From an uncultured bacterium (lineage in GTDB: Bacteria > CSSED10-310), in assembly GCA_964512995.1 (NCBI GenBank), contig CAZELM010000002.1:112314-176313 (forward strand): 64,000 nt of DNA, written 5' to 3'. The notes under the pieces were generated by a model that was not told the DNA's origin, made no database searches, and saw only the letters and a program-made list of their open reading frames with translations. The translations under genes and the position numbers were made by a program. This document shows positions 47,864 to 57,184 of the stretch, piece after piece. The first letter of the stretch is position 1. Every line of letters starts with the position of its first letter.

Positions 47864-49333
47864 ATGTCGAAGGGTAAAACATGGGTTCTGTCCGGTATTT
47901 CAGCCGCGTATTTACTGATGGTGGGGAGTTCGTATGCCGGGGAGCTGCCGCCCGGATTCAATGTCTATTTTAACGATGCCCAGCATTCGCAATCCAATGG
48001 AATCGACACCGCACTCGTTGCATTCATCGACAGTGCAGACGAAACCGTGGATGGCGCATTCTACTCCATTTCCAGAACATCGATTGTCGATGCGTTCATT
48101 CATGCCGCCAACCGGCTGGGGACATCCAAGGTCCGGATCATTACCGATGCCGGGAACCGGAACTCCACAGGTTGCCGACGATTGGAGGCGGCGGGAATCA
48201 CGGTGATCGATGAGACGTGTGATGGATGGGACGACGATGCGCTTGAATCGCATCACAAATTCTGCGTCGTTGACGGTATAAAAGTCTGGACCGGCTCCTA
48301 TAACATCACCGATTCCGGAACGCTCTACAATAACAACAATGCCCTTGCGATTGAATGTGAGGAGCTTGCTCAGGCGTATCAGCGAGAATTCAATGAGATG
48401 TGGGGAGCGGATTCAGGGGCTCCCGGCGATTGCCATTTCTCAACCCATAAATCGCCCCAGTCAGAAACTCACTTCGTATGCAGCGGTGTCCCAGTGGACG
48501 TCTATTTTTCACCGACCACAAATCCCGAACCCGATCGTGCGCTGGACGCGATTCTGAATGAGATGAACAATGCCGAAACATCGTTTCAGTTCTGCATGTT
48601 CGCTTTTACATCCTATCCGATCGGGAGCAAAGTCGTACAGCTCCATCAACGCGGACTTACGGTTCAGGGTGTGCTGGATGCCGACCAGTCGGAATTCAGC
48701 TCTTCTCAGTATACCATGATGAAAAATGCGGGCGTGGATGTGATACTGGATGAATCCGTCGATCCCCATGGCTCGCTTCTGCATCACAAATTCGGAGTCA
48801 TTGATTATCAGTCAACGGATGCGGTCGTGATCACCGGTTCCTACAACTGGTCAACCGCCGCCCAATTCACCAATGATGAAAACTCCCTGTTCATCCACAA
48901 TCAGGAAATCGCACGCCGGTTTTATGACGAATCCTACCGGTGTTATCATGGGAAAGATCCGGAAGAGAACGAGCTTGTCATCGATATTTCGATGAATCAG
49001 ACCACCTATTATCCAGGTAACTTCTTTCGGGTTGCAGTCGCCATTTCCAATACTGGTCCGCAACGGTCTGTCGATGAATATATCCTGCTGGACCTGGGAG
49101 AACTTTTTGGAACGGATCGATTCTTTTTCTGGCCCGGATGGTCGGAGGTGCTGGATTTTGAAACGATTCTGCTGAGTGAGGGAGCGAGACTGGAGCAACC
49201 GATTTTTCAGTTCGTTCTGCCCAGCGATCTTCCATCCAGCGGACCATTCACGTTCTGGGCGGGACTGCTCGATACCGGAACCGCGACACTCGCCTGCCCG
49301 ATCGACTTCGTTTCGTTCCGATTTTCAAATTAG
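47864..49333 (+). CDS. Secreted phospholipase D-superfamily protein with two HKD motifs and an extra C-terminal domain
   Basis: Signal peptide. HHKFCVVDGIKVWTGSYNIT and LLHHKFGVIDYQSTDAVVITGSYNWS are HxK(x4)D(x6)GSxN motifs. Confidence 0.75.
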   Translation: MSKGKTWVLSGISAAYLLMVGSSYAGELPPGFNVYFNDAQHSQSNGIDTALVAFIDSADETVDGAFYSISRTSIVDAFIHAANRLGTSKVRIITDAGNRNSTGCRRLEAAGITVIDETCDGWDDDALESHHKFCVVDGIKVWTGSYNITDSGTLYNNNNALAIECEELAQAYQREFNEMWGADSGAPGDCHFSTHKSPQSETHFVCSGVPVDVYFSPTTNPEPDRALDAILNEMNNAETSFQFCMFAFTSYPIGSKVVQLHQRGLTVQGVLDADQSEFSSSQYTMMKNAGVDVILDESVDPHGSLLHHKFGVIDYQSTDAVVITGSYNWSTAAQFTNDENSLFIHNQEIARRFYDESYRCYHGKDPEENELVIDISMNQTTYYPGNFFRVAVAISNTGPQRSVDEYILLDLGELFGTDRFFFWPGWSEVLDFETILLSEGARLEQPIFQFVLPSDLPSSGPFTFWAGLLDTGTATLACPIDFVSFRFSN

Positions 49334-49448
49334 TCCCGTTTGTCATTCTCCAAAGATGAGGGTCTCATGGCATCCGAAACTCCCATTTTCGCGGGAATGA
49401 CACTCCCGCCAGAAAACGGGAACCAGCCATCTGACAATCCTCCCCGAA

Positions 49449-50000
49449 TTATTGGAGTGTCGATTTTGCTTTGCGAACCATGTCAATACCGGCAGCCAGA
49501 GCGCGCCGGTTGAGTTCTTCCGTGCCTCGGGGAACGCGAGCCAGCACGGCAGATTCCAGAGCATCGTGGGTGACGACATTGGAGATCTCCACGATTGCGC
49601 CCAGAGCGATGATATTGGCCACGATAATTTTACCGACTTTTTCCTGTGCGGTTTGAAGAATCGGCAACGGAAAGACCGTATATTGACCCTGGGGGATGTT
49701 GTTCACCCGGGAGTTGTCAACGACCAGAATACCTTGTTCCTTGAGATCCGGAATATATTTATTACAGGCTTCCTGGGTCAATGCCAGAAGCAGATCGATA
49801 TTGGTCGCTTTGGGATAAAAAATATCTTCATCGGATATGATGACATCCGATTTACTGGCTCCGCCTCTCGCCTCCGGCCCGTAAGATTGACTCTGTGTGG
49901 CGTTCTTCTCATCATAAATTGCCGCCGCCTCCGCCAGAATAACTCCAGCCAGAATCAGCCCCTGCCCACCTGCTCCACTAAGCCTCAATTCACATCTCAT
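49449..50000 (-). CDS. korC: 2-oxoacid:ferredoxin oxidoreductase gamma subunit
   Basis: LSGAGGQGLILAGVILAEAAAIY...SYGPEARGG is gamma-subunit (POR/KOR) family sequence. Confidence 0.8.
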   Translation of the reverse strand: MRCELRLSGAGGQGLILAGVILAEAAAIYDEKNATQSQSYGPEARGGASKSDVIISDEDIFYPKATNIDLLLALTQEACNKYIPDLKEQGILVVDNSRVNNIPQGQYTVFPLPILQTAQEKVGKIIVANIIALGAIVEISNVVTHDALESAVLARVPRGTEELNRRALAAGIDMVRKAKSTLQ

Positions 50001-50031
50001 TCAGTAGTTCTCCGAAATAAAAATAGTCAGT

Positions 50032-50859
50032 TTAAATGGAATTTTCCGGTGCGGTACCGACTTTTTGCATCAATGCCGCATATTGTTCGGTGTATTCCGG
50101 ACGATCGGTTTCAAAGATGACGCCGGTCGTGAATTTATCTTTGAGTTCTTCGGGTGACATCTTTTCTGCGGCTTGAACAGGTACCGCATGTTCTTTCTGC
50201 CAATGGAGTTGATCCAATGCATTTTTAAATCGATTCCGGCGACCAAACGCGGTCGGGCATTGGACGATCACTTCTACGAATGAAAATCCCTTTTTACGAA
50301 GAGCCTGTTCGAACAGTTTTTCCATCTGAGCCGTATGATAGGCAGTCGTTCGCGCCACAAATGTCGCTCCCGCCGCCTGAGCCAATGCACTGACATTGAA
50401 GTTCGGTTCGATGGAGCCGAATGGCGCGGTGCTGGCATATGAACCCATCGGTGTCGTGGGTGATGCCTGTCCGCCTGTCATACCATAGATGTAATTATTA
50501 TAAAGAATCATGGTGATATCGATATTTCTCCGAGCCGCATGGATGAAATGATTGCCACCGATCGCGGTTGCATCACCATCCCCCGACACAACAATCACTT
50601 TCAACTCGGGTTTCGCCAGCTTGATACCGGTTGCGAAAGCCAGTGCACGGCCGTGCGTCGTATGCAACGTATTGAAATCAACATATCCAGGTGTTCGGGA
50701 TGAACAGCCGATTCCGGAAACCATGACGAGTTCATCCTTGGACAGGCCGATATTGTCAATTGCGCGGAGCATTGATTTTAAGATTGTACCGTCTCCACAT
50801 CCGGGACACCAGATATGCGGAAACTTCTCCATTCTCAGATATTTGCTGTAGTCAAACAT
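50032..50859 (-). CDS. korB: 2-oxoacid:ferredoxin oxidoreductase beta subunit (TPP-binding)
   Basis: WCPGCGDG and TPP-binding GDGD. Confidence 0.85.
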   Translation of the reverse strand: MFDYSKYLRMEKFPHIWCPGCGDGTILKSMLRAIDNIGLSKDELVMVSGIGCSSRTPGYVDFNTLHTTHGRALAFATGIKLAKPELKVIVVSGDGDATAIGGNHFIHAARRNIDITMILYNNYIYGMTGGQASPTTPMGSYASTAPFGSIEPNFNVSALAQAAGATFVARTTAYHTAQMEKLFEQALRKKGFSFVEVIVQCPTAFGRRNRFKNALDQLHWQKEHAVPVQAAEKMSPEELKDKFTTGVIFETDRPEYTEQYAALMQKVGTAPENSI

Positions 50860-51998
50860 CAGTAGACCTCTTTCGTCTTTACCAGGATCTCTTGCGGTGT
50901 AATGGGCTCACCGTTTATCGACCCGACAAGATGAACCTCCGCCCGATTTTTCACAATGCGCTCAATTTCCCGAGTCACCTGGCCCTTGTTGGCTTCGCAT
51001 ACGATGATGTGAGCGGTATTATGCAGATGGGCAAGCAGTTCCTTATCTGGAAACGGCCAGATCGTCATGGGCTTGAACAACCCGACGTGCAGGCCTTCCT
51101 GCCGTGCCAGAGCCATGGCCTGATATGCCGAGCGAGCGGAAGAACCATACGAAACATACATAACTCGTGCATCATCGGTATGTTCCGCTGAATATTCAAC
51201 GATTTCATCCCGATACCGCGATATCTTGCGGTTCAGGCGCTGGAGCATGGCGTCGATTTTGGATGGGCTATTTGTCGGGAATCCCGTTTCATCGTGACAA
51301 AGACCCGTGACATGGTATCGATATCCTGAACCAAAATCCGCCATTGGCGGAATATCCGATGGAACCATCTGATATGGGAGATACTCCTTGGGCGAACAGG
51401 ATGGTTTCGGCCGATTCCAGATCTCGATTTCCGACACGGGCAACTCCCGCAACACCTCCCGCATGTGTCCGACGATCTCATCGAGCAGCAAAATGACAGG
51501 AGTCCGGTATTTTTCAGCGAGATTGAAGGCACGGATGGTGGCTTTATAGATTTCCGGGATGGTGGATGGCGCCAGAGCAATGATTTCATGATCGCCATGA
51601 GTTCCCCATCGTGCCTGCTGAACATCACCCTGGGCCGACTGAGTGGGTAATCCGGTGCTGGGGCCGCCGCGCTGAACATTGACGATAACACAGGGAACTT
51701 CCGCCATCACTGCGTAGCCGATATTCTCCTGTTTCAGTGAGAATCCCGGACCGCTGGTCGCTGTCAGCACTTTCATTCCAGTCAATGAAGCGCCGATCAC
51801 GGCTCCCATCGCAGCGATTTCGTCTTCCATTTGAATGAACTTGCCGCCGATCTTGGGAAGTTCGGCTGCGAGAATTTCAGCAATTTCTGAAGACGGGGTA
51901 ATGGGATACCCGGCAAAGAACCGGCATCCCGCAGCCAGCGCACCGATGACACATGCATGGTTGCCTTGAATAAATTTGATGTTCTTCTTTTTATTCAT
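50859..51998 (-). CDS. korA: 2-oxoacid:ferredoxin oxidoreductase alpha subunit
   Basis: Alpha-subunit pyrimidine-binding domain (GYPITPSSEI, GGPSTGLPT). Confidence 0.85.
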   Translation of the reverse strand: MNKKKNIKFIQGNHACVIGALAAGCRFFAGYPITPSSEIAEILAAELPKIGGKFIQMEDEIAAMGAVIGASLTGMKVLTATSGPGFSLKQENIGYAVMAEVPCVIVNVQRGGPSTGLPTQSAQGDVQQARWGTHGDHEIIALAPSTIPEIYKATIRAFNLAEKYRTPVILLLDEIVGHMREVLRELPVSEIEIWNRPKPSCSPKEYLPYQMVPSDIPPMADFGSGYRYHVTGLCHDETGFPTNSPSKIDAMLQRLNRKISRYRDEIVEYSAEHTDDARVMYVSYGSSARSAYQAMALARQEGLHVGLFKPMTIWPFPDKELLAHLHNTAHIIVCEANKGQVTREIERIVKNRAEVHLVGSINGEPITPQEILVKTKEVY

Positions 51999-52306
51999 TA
52001 TTCATCTTTACTTTCTTCAAAAACAACTTCCAAACAAAAATCCGGACAATTGGCTTCACATCGCCCGCAGACGATACAATTCTGCAAATTGACGACAGCG
52101 GCTTTCAGGTGATTCATTGCCAGAACATTTTTGGGGCACACATCCACACAAATCGCACACCCCTTGCACCAACTTTCGCGGATCACGATTTGTTTGACGA
52201 TTTTCTTTGATCTGCTCAAGATATACTTCTCCTTGAATTCAGTTCGATCTTTAAAAACCTGAATCGGAATACCACAACCCATCCGGGACTTCAAGACCAA
52301 TTCCAT
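51998..52306 (-). CDS. korD: 2x[4Fe-4S] ferredoxin, delta subunit of the 2-oxoacid:ferredoxin oxidoreductase
   Basis: Two CxxCxxCxxxCP clusters (CKGCAICVDVCP, CIVCGRCEANCP). Confidence 0.8.
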   Translation of the reverse strand: MELVLKSRMGCGIPIQVFKDRTEFKEKYILSRSKKIVKQIVIRESWCKGCAICVDVCPKNVLAMNHLKAAVVNLQNCIVCGRCEANCPDFCLEVVFEESKDE

Positions 52307-52318
52307 CCAGAAGCGCGT

Positions 52319-53185
52319 TTACAGAAGTTGTTTCAGGATAGCAGCAATCGAAGATGGATTATCCGCCACATGAACACCGGCACTCCGTAAGGTCGCTATT
52401 TTTTCGGCTGCTGTCCCTTTTCCTCCGGCAATGATGGCTCCCGCATGACCCATCCGCCGGCCGGGAGGAGCGGTCTGTCCCGCGATAAAAGCGACTACCG
52501 GTTTGGACACGTTTTGCTGGATGAATTCCGCTGCACGCTCCTCCGCAGTCCCACCAATCTCCCCGATCATTACCACCGCATCGGTTTCCGGGTCGGCCTG
52601 AAACAGCGCCAGACAATCGATAAAATTCATTCCCGGAATCGCATCGCCTCCGATCCCGATCCCAGTCGACTGTCCCAATCCCAATCCGGTCAGTTGTGCG
52701 GTAATCTCATATGTCAGCGTACCGCTTCTGGAGATGATCCCGACCCGACCTGGCTGATGGATATACCCCGGCATGATACCAACCTTGGATTTTCCCGGAG
52801 AAATCAGTCCCGGACAGTTCGGTCCGATCAACCGGACGTTTTGTTGAGAGATAACACGTTTGACCCGCATCATATCCAGAGCAGGAATTCCTTCCGTAAT
52901 GCAGACAATCAACGTCACACCAGCATCTGCTGCCTCCAGAATCGCATCCGCTGCGTATTGCCGCGGCACAAATATGATACTGGCATTCGCATCGGCATCC
53001 CGTACGGCATCATGAACCGAGTCAAAAACAGGGATACCCTCATGAAATGATCCGCCTTTGCCTGGCGTTACACCTGCGACAATCTTGGTTCCATCATGGA
53101 TCATCTGCATGGTATGAAAGTGGCCTTCCCGACCCGTTATCCCCTGCACCACCAAACGAGTTTCATGTCCCACTAAAATGCTCAT
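52319..53185 (-). CDS. sucD: Succinyl-CoA synthetase alpha subunit
   Basis: [16 protein letters not shown] and the catalytic His context (SRSGTLTYE). Confidence 0.9.
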   Translation of the reverse strand: MSILVGHETRLVVQGITGREGHFHTMQMIHDGTKIVAGVTPGKGGSFHEGIPVFDSVHDAVRDADANASIIFVPRQYAADAILEAADAGVTLIVCITEGIPALDMMRVKRVISQQNVRLIGPNCPGLISPGKSKVGIMPGYIHQPGRVGIISRSGTLTYEITAQLTGLGLGQSTGIGIGGDAIPGMNFIDCLALFQADPETDAVVMIGEIGGTAEERAAEFIQQNVSKPVVAFIAGQTAPPGRRMGHAGAIIAGGKGTAAEKIATLRSAGVHVADNPSSIAAILKQLL

Positions 53186-53192
53186 TTTTTAA

Positions 53193-53244
53193 CCTCACCC
53201 CCAACCCCTCTCCATGAATGGCGAGGGGCCCATGGGTATGTTCC
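53193..53244 (+). repeat. REP-like palindromic intergenic element, copy 1
   Basis: CCTCACCCCCAACCCCTCTCCATGAATGGCGAGGGGCC. A hairpin forms between CCCCTCTCCAT and ATGGCGAGGGG. Confidence 0.7.
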
Positions 53245-53257
53245 TTTATTTTTTCGA

Positions 53258-53304
53258 TCTCACCCCAGCCCCTCTCCATGAATAGCAAGGGGCATATTGG
53301 GTGG
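53258..53304 (+). repeat. REP-like element, copy 2 (tandem with copy 1, between sucC and sucD)
   Basis: ATCTCACCCCAGCCCCTCTCCATGAATAGCAAGGGGCATATTGGGTGG. Confidence 0.7.
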
Positions 53305-53407
53305 AGATTATCCTGATAAGATTCCTGCTTTCATTTCTGACTTCGTGACTTCGCGCCTTCGTGTGAGAATCTTCTTTGATTTTGTCTTCTCTTTTTCTCT
53401 TTCCTCT

Positions 53408-54580
53408 TCACTCCACGCTTGCAATCACTTTCTGCGCGGCTTCCGCCATTGTACCAGCGACTTCCAGTTTCAGTCCGGATTCCATCAGAAGCTGATTTGC
53501 GATATCGGCATTCGTGCCATTCAGCCGTACGACCAGGGGCCGATTCATTCCGACATGCTGAACCGCATGAATGATGCCACGCGCCACCCGATCGCACCGT
53601 ACAATCCCGCCAAAAATATTGACCAGCACCGCTCGAACATCCGGATCAGCCAGCAGGATGGTAAACGCGGCGGTTATCGACTCTTCATCCGCACCGCCAC
53701 CGACATCCAGGAAATTCGCAGGCGAAGCGCCATAGTATTTGATCAGATCCATGGTAGCCATGGCCAATCCGGCGCCATTCACCATACACCCGATATTCCC
53801 ATCCAGCTTGATATAGTTGAGTCCATATCTGGAGGCTTCGACTTCCAAAGGGGATTCCTCATTCAAATCCCGCAGTTGCAGGATCTCCGGATGCCGGTAT
53901 AACGCAGATTCATCAAAATTGATTTTGGCATCCAATGCGATCACGAGACCGTTTCGCGTCACCGCCAGGGGATTGATCTCCACCTGAGATGCATCGAGTT
54001 CGATGAACATCCGATAGACATTCAGGAATAACCGAGCGGCATCCTGGAAGTGGCTTCCCTTCAATCCCAGGCCGAGTGCGATTCGCCGAGCCTGATATGC
54101 GGACATGCCGGCCAATGGATGAATATATTCCTTAATGATCAGTTCGGGATGCGCGGCAGCGACCGATTCGATCTCCATTCCGCCTTGTGTGGAAGCCATC
54201 ATGACCGGCTGCTCTTTCTGACGATCCAGCACCATCCCCACATACAGCTCCCGTTCCACATCCAGACAAGCCTGGACGATCATCACTTTTCGCACGATCC
54301 GGCCTTCCGGTCCTGTCTGATGCGTCACCAGCTTCATTCCCAGCATTTTTTCCAGTGCTTTCCCGACATCCTCCAGAGTATCACAGCCAATGACTCCTCC
54401 CGCTTTACCCCGGCCGCCGGCATGCACCTGTGCTTTTACAAACAACCGGGGGCATTCCGAGCGCCACATCTCCCTGGCAATCCGCATTCCCTCCTCCACC
54501 GTTGAAACAGCGTCCCCCAGCGGAACAGGAATGCCGAACTGAGCCATCAGATTCTTCGCTTGATACTCATGGATCTTCAT
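53408..54580 (-). CDS. sucC: Succinyl-CoA synthetase beta subunit
   Basis: MKIHEYQAKNLMAQFGIPVP start, with an ATP-grasp fold. Confidence 0.9.
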   Translation of the reverse strand: MKIHEYQAKNLMAQFGIPVPLGDAVSTVEEGMRIAREMWRSECPRLFVKAQVHAGGRGKAGGVIGCDTLEDVGKALEKMLGMKLVTHQTGPEGRIVRKVMIVQACLDVERELYVGMVLDRQKEQPVMMASTQGGMEIESVAAAHPELIIKEYIHPLAGMSAYQARRIALGLGLKGSHFQDAARLFLNVYRMFIELDASQVEINPLAVTRNGLVIALDAKINFDESALYRHPEILQLRDLNEESPLEVEASRYGLNYIKLDGNIGCMVNGAGLAMATMDLIKYYGASPANFLDVGGGADEESITAAFTILLADPDVRAVLVNIFGGIVRCDRVARGIIHAVQHVGMNRPLVVRLNGTNADIANQLLMESGLKLEVAGTMAEAAQKVIASVE

Positions 54581-54657
54581 ATCGCGACCTCCCAATTTCC
54601 CCGTTATATAAAAACTGGAAATCTCCTCTGAACGAGGCTACATTCTACCTGACAGTG

Positions 54658-55686
54658 ATGGGCTGTCAAAATCTTTTTACTCGATCCACCATAATCCACC
54701 CGCCGAACCACCTCCCCTGGAGAATTCGATTGAGACTGTTTTTCGTCATCGGGAAAGGTGGTGTTGGAAAAACAACCATCACCTCCGCACTCGCCCACCC
54801 ATTCCGCAACAATGGTGGCGTATTGGTTGTTACCATCGATCAGCCGGATCAGGCAGCTCATTCCCCAAAAAAACCATTTCCGCCAAGCGTTCCGCAGCAA
54901 CTCTCCGATGGGTTCTGGACCATTCATCTGGACCGTGATCGATGCCTCCATGAGTTCATCTCCGGATTCCTGAAAATCAATATTCTGTCCCGATGGATAC
55001 TGGATCATCCCATATTCCCCTATATCACTGGAGTTGCTCCTGGGATTCGCGAGTATTTGGTGTTGGACCGCCTGAGAACATTTACTCGCAGTTCCTGGCA
55101 GTCGTCATGGCACACGATCATCGTCGACGCACCCGCCACCGGACATGGCGTTCATCTGTTGCAGGCTTCCGCACCATTGGCCACTATTCTGAAATTCGGA
55201 CCGCTCCGGTCCCGGATCACAAAAACAGACGCCATGATCCATAACCCCCATATCACCCGAGCGATCCTGGTCACCATCCCGGAAGAGCTTCCGGTTCAGG
55301 AAACCATCGAACTGCATGCGCAGTTGCACCGGTCCGGTATACCCATTCACGCCATCGTGATCAATCAGTGCGAGCACCGGTCGCTGGGACCCAGGGAGTC
55401 GGCTATCTGGAAAAATCTATCCACGGAAACCGATCCTCTCTTTCCGGATGAGACCGACTCGCCTCCCCTGATCGCGGATCGATTCCGCAACATCAACGAT
55501 ATTCTCGATCTTCAGGAGAAGCGCTATCATCTTTCCGTCAAAAACATCCAGCGACTCAAACGGGCGATTACAGGTTCATTCATCGAGATCCCGTTCATTC
55601 CGGAACCGGAGCCGTCCCGGTTGATCGCTCAAATGACGCCATATCTGGACTGTCCTGGCATCCTGGAGGAACAACGGAGTGACTAA
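54658..55686 (+). CDS. ArsA/Get3-family ATPase, half-size (first of a tandem pair)
   Basis: P-loop GKGGVGKTTITSALA and the ArsA signature DAPATGHGVHLL (DTAPTGH-type). Confidence 0.7.
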   Translation: MGCQNLFTRSTIIHPPNHLPWRIRLRLFFVIGKGGVGKTTITSALAHPFRNNGGVLVVTIDQPDQAAHSPKKPFPPSVPQQLSDGFWTIHLDRDRCLHEFISGFLKINILSRWILDHPIFPYITGVAPGIREYLVLDRLRTFTRSSWQSSWHTIIVDAPATGHGVHLLQASAPLATILKFGPLRSRITKTDAMIHNPHITRAILVTIPEELPVQETIELHAQLHRSGIPIHAIVINQCEHRSLGPRESAIWKNLSTETDPLFPDETDSPPLIADRFRNINDILDLQEKRYHLSVKNIQRLKRAITGSFIEIPFIPEPEPSRLIAQMTPYLDCPGILEEQRSD

Positions 55687-56818
55687 ACAGCCACATCTCA
55701 TCCTGCTGTGTGGGAGCGGAGGCGTCGGCAAGACCAGCATGGCTGCTTCTCTGGCGCTTCAGGGAGCCATGTTGGGCCGTGATGTGATGGCATTCACGAT
55801 CGATCCAGCCCGTCGGCTTGCAGATGCACTCGGGATCGAACTCCACGGAACCGATGTTTCGGAAATTCAACCGGCGGAATCTTTTCCTGTCCACGGCCGA
55901 TTCCGAGCCTCCATGCTGGACCTCCATGGCACCGCTTCAGAACTGATCAGACGCTACTGTTCATCCCCGGCGATGGCCGATGCCATCATTTCCAATCCGC
56001 TGTTCCGCACCGCAGTGGCTTCCATGGCCGGAGCGGAAGAATTCATTGCACTTGGCAATGTATTTCAGCTTCTGGCAGATGGCGACATGGAGTTTCTCAT
56101 TGTCGATACCGCTCCGTCTCACCATGCGCTCCAATTTTTCACTGCACCGGACCGGTTGATTCAAGTTCTGAATCCCGCAATCCTCCACCGGATCTATCAG
56201 CCTTTGAACCGATTCCGCCTGACTGGATCATTGACATCCCGGACACCGATCGCTCCGCTCCTGAATCAGATGATCCGAGTGTTGTTCGGTCTCGAAATCG
56301 TTCAGAACCTGTCGGATCTCGCCACTCATCTGAAAAGCCTGCTGGATGATTTCAGACATCGTGTGGAATCGATTCGCAGCCTGCTGCGGGATCCTGACAG
56401 AACATCGTGTATCATTGTCACCACACCGGATTACCGGTCGATTCGGGAAACGGAATCCATGATCGATCAGATCGCAACAGAACAGATTCATCCGATGGCT
56501 CTGATCGTGAATCGGATTTTTCCGTTTACGGGAACGGGCCGGGAACCGGATATCGGGATGATCCGATCCATGTCCAGTGCTCAAGAACTGACGTCGATTC
56601 AAAAACGGATTCTCACGAAAATCAGCAACCTGGAACAGGAGTGGCTGAAACGGGCGCAGATCCAGCAGCAGTTCATCGACCGTATTCTCAACAGGCATCC
56701 GGAGATTCCGCATCTCATCCGTATCCCGCTCCGCGCTCTCGATATTTCCAGCCTTTCAGATCTCGTGTGTTTTCACAATGAACTGGAACCGTTGAGCCGG
56801 AAGTTGTTTTTGAAATAA
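55679..56818 (+). CDS. ArsA/Get3-family ATPase, half-size (second of a tandem pair). The GTG start overlaps the upstream stop by 8 nt.
   Basis: P-loop CGSGGVGKTSMAASLA and a degenerate signature DTAPSHHALQFF. Confidence 0.7.
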   Translation: MTKQPHLILLCGSGGVGKTSMAASLALQGAMLGRDVMAFTIDPARRLADALGIELHGTDVSEIQPAESFPVHGRFRASMLDLHGTASELIRRYCSSPAMADAIISNPLFRTAVASMAGAEEFIALGNVFQLLADGDMEFLIVDTAPSHHALQFFTAPDRLIQVLNPAILHRIYQPLNRFRLTGSLTSRTPIAPLLNQMIRVLFGLEIVQNLSDLATHLKSLLDDFRHRVESIRSLLRDPDRTSCIIVTTPDYRSIRETESMIDQIATEQIHPMALIVNRIFPFTGTGREPDIGMIRSMSSAQELTSIQKRILTKISNLEQEWLKRAQIQQQFIDRILNRHPEIPHLIRIPLRALDISSLSDLVCFHNELEPLSRKLFLK

Positions 56819-56864
56819 CCTCACCCCAGCCCCTCTCCATGAGTGGAGAGGGATTATTGGGTGG
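56818..56864 (+). repeat. REP-like element, copy 3
   Basis: ACCTCACCCCAGCCCCTCTCCATGAGTGGAGAGGGATTATTGGGTGG. Confidence 0.7.
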
Positions 56865-57184
56865 TTCTGGTTCTGTTCCCAATGCTTATTCCATTCATCC
56901 TGAACGTATTCCATTTCCTGCCCTCATCCTCCATCCTTCTCCTGTCGGGAGAAGATTTTATGGATTGACGGGTATGATTTACCGGAGCAGCGGCGAGAGA
57001 AGAGAATACAAGATTGACTTTTCGCGACTTCGCGTTTTCGTGTGAGTCACTTCATGAAATGAAAACGCCCGGTTGCTATTCCTGTCTCTGTTTTATCGTT
57101 TGGGCAGGGTTTGACATTGCATGGAAAAAGAAAATGGGTCACAATTTAAACCGCTTACGGAAGAACGGGAAGGATGTCGAACCA

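Noticed and set aside
52445-53902. 201-aa plus-strand ORFs antisense to sucD and sucC
   Set aside because: They are embedded antisense in highly conserved housekeeping genes.
54430-54657. N-terminal 76-aa extension of the first ArsA-like ORF
   Set aside because: It overlaps the sucC coding region on the opposite strand and lacks similarity. The ATG at 54658, ahead of the P-loop, is preferred.
54658-56818. Arsenic-resistance (ars) operon
   Set aside because: No arsB, arsC, arsD or arsR is adjacent, and the proteins are half-size. They are better described as ArsA/Get3-family ATPases of unknown role.
57014-57184. N-terminal extension of the Mur-ligase ORF
   Set aside because: It has no conserved sequence. 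The MurC-type Rossmann motif begins right after the ATG at 57185, which has an upstream purine-rich RBS-like stretch.
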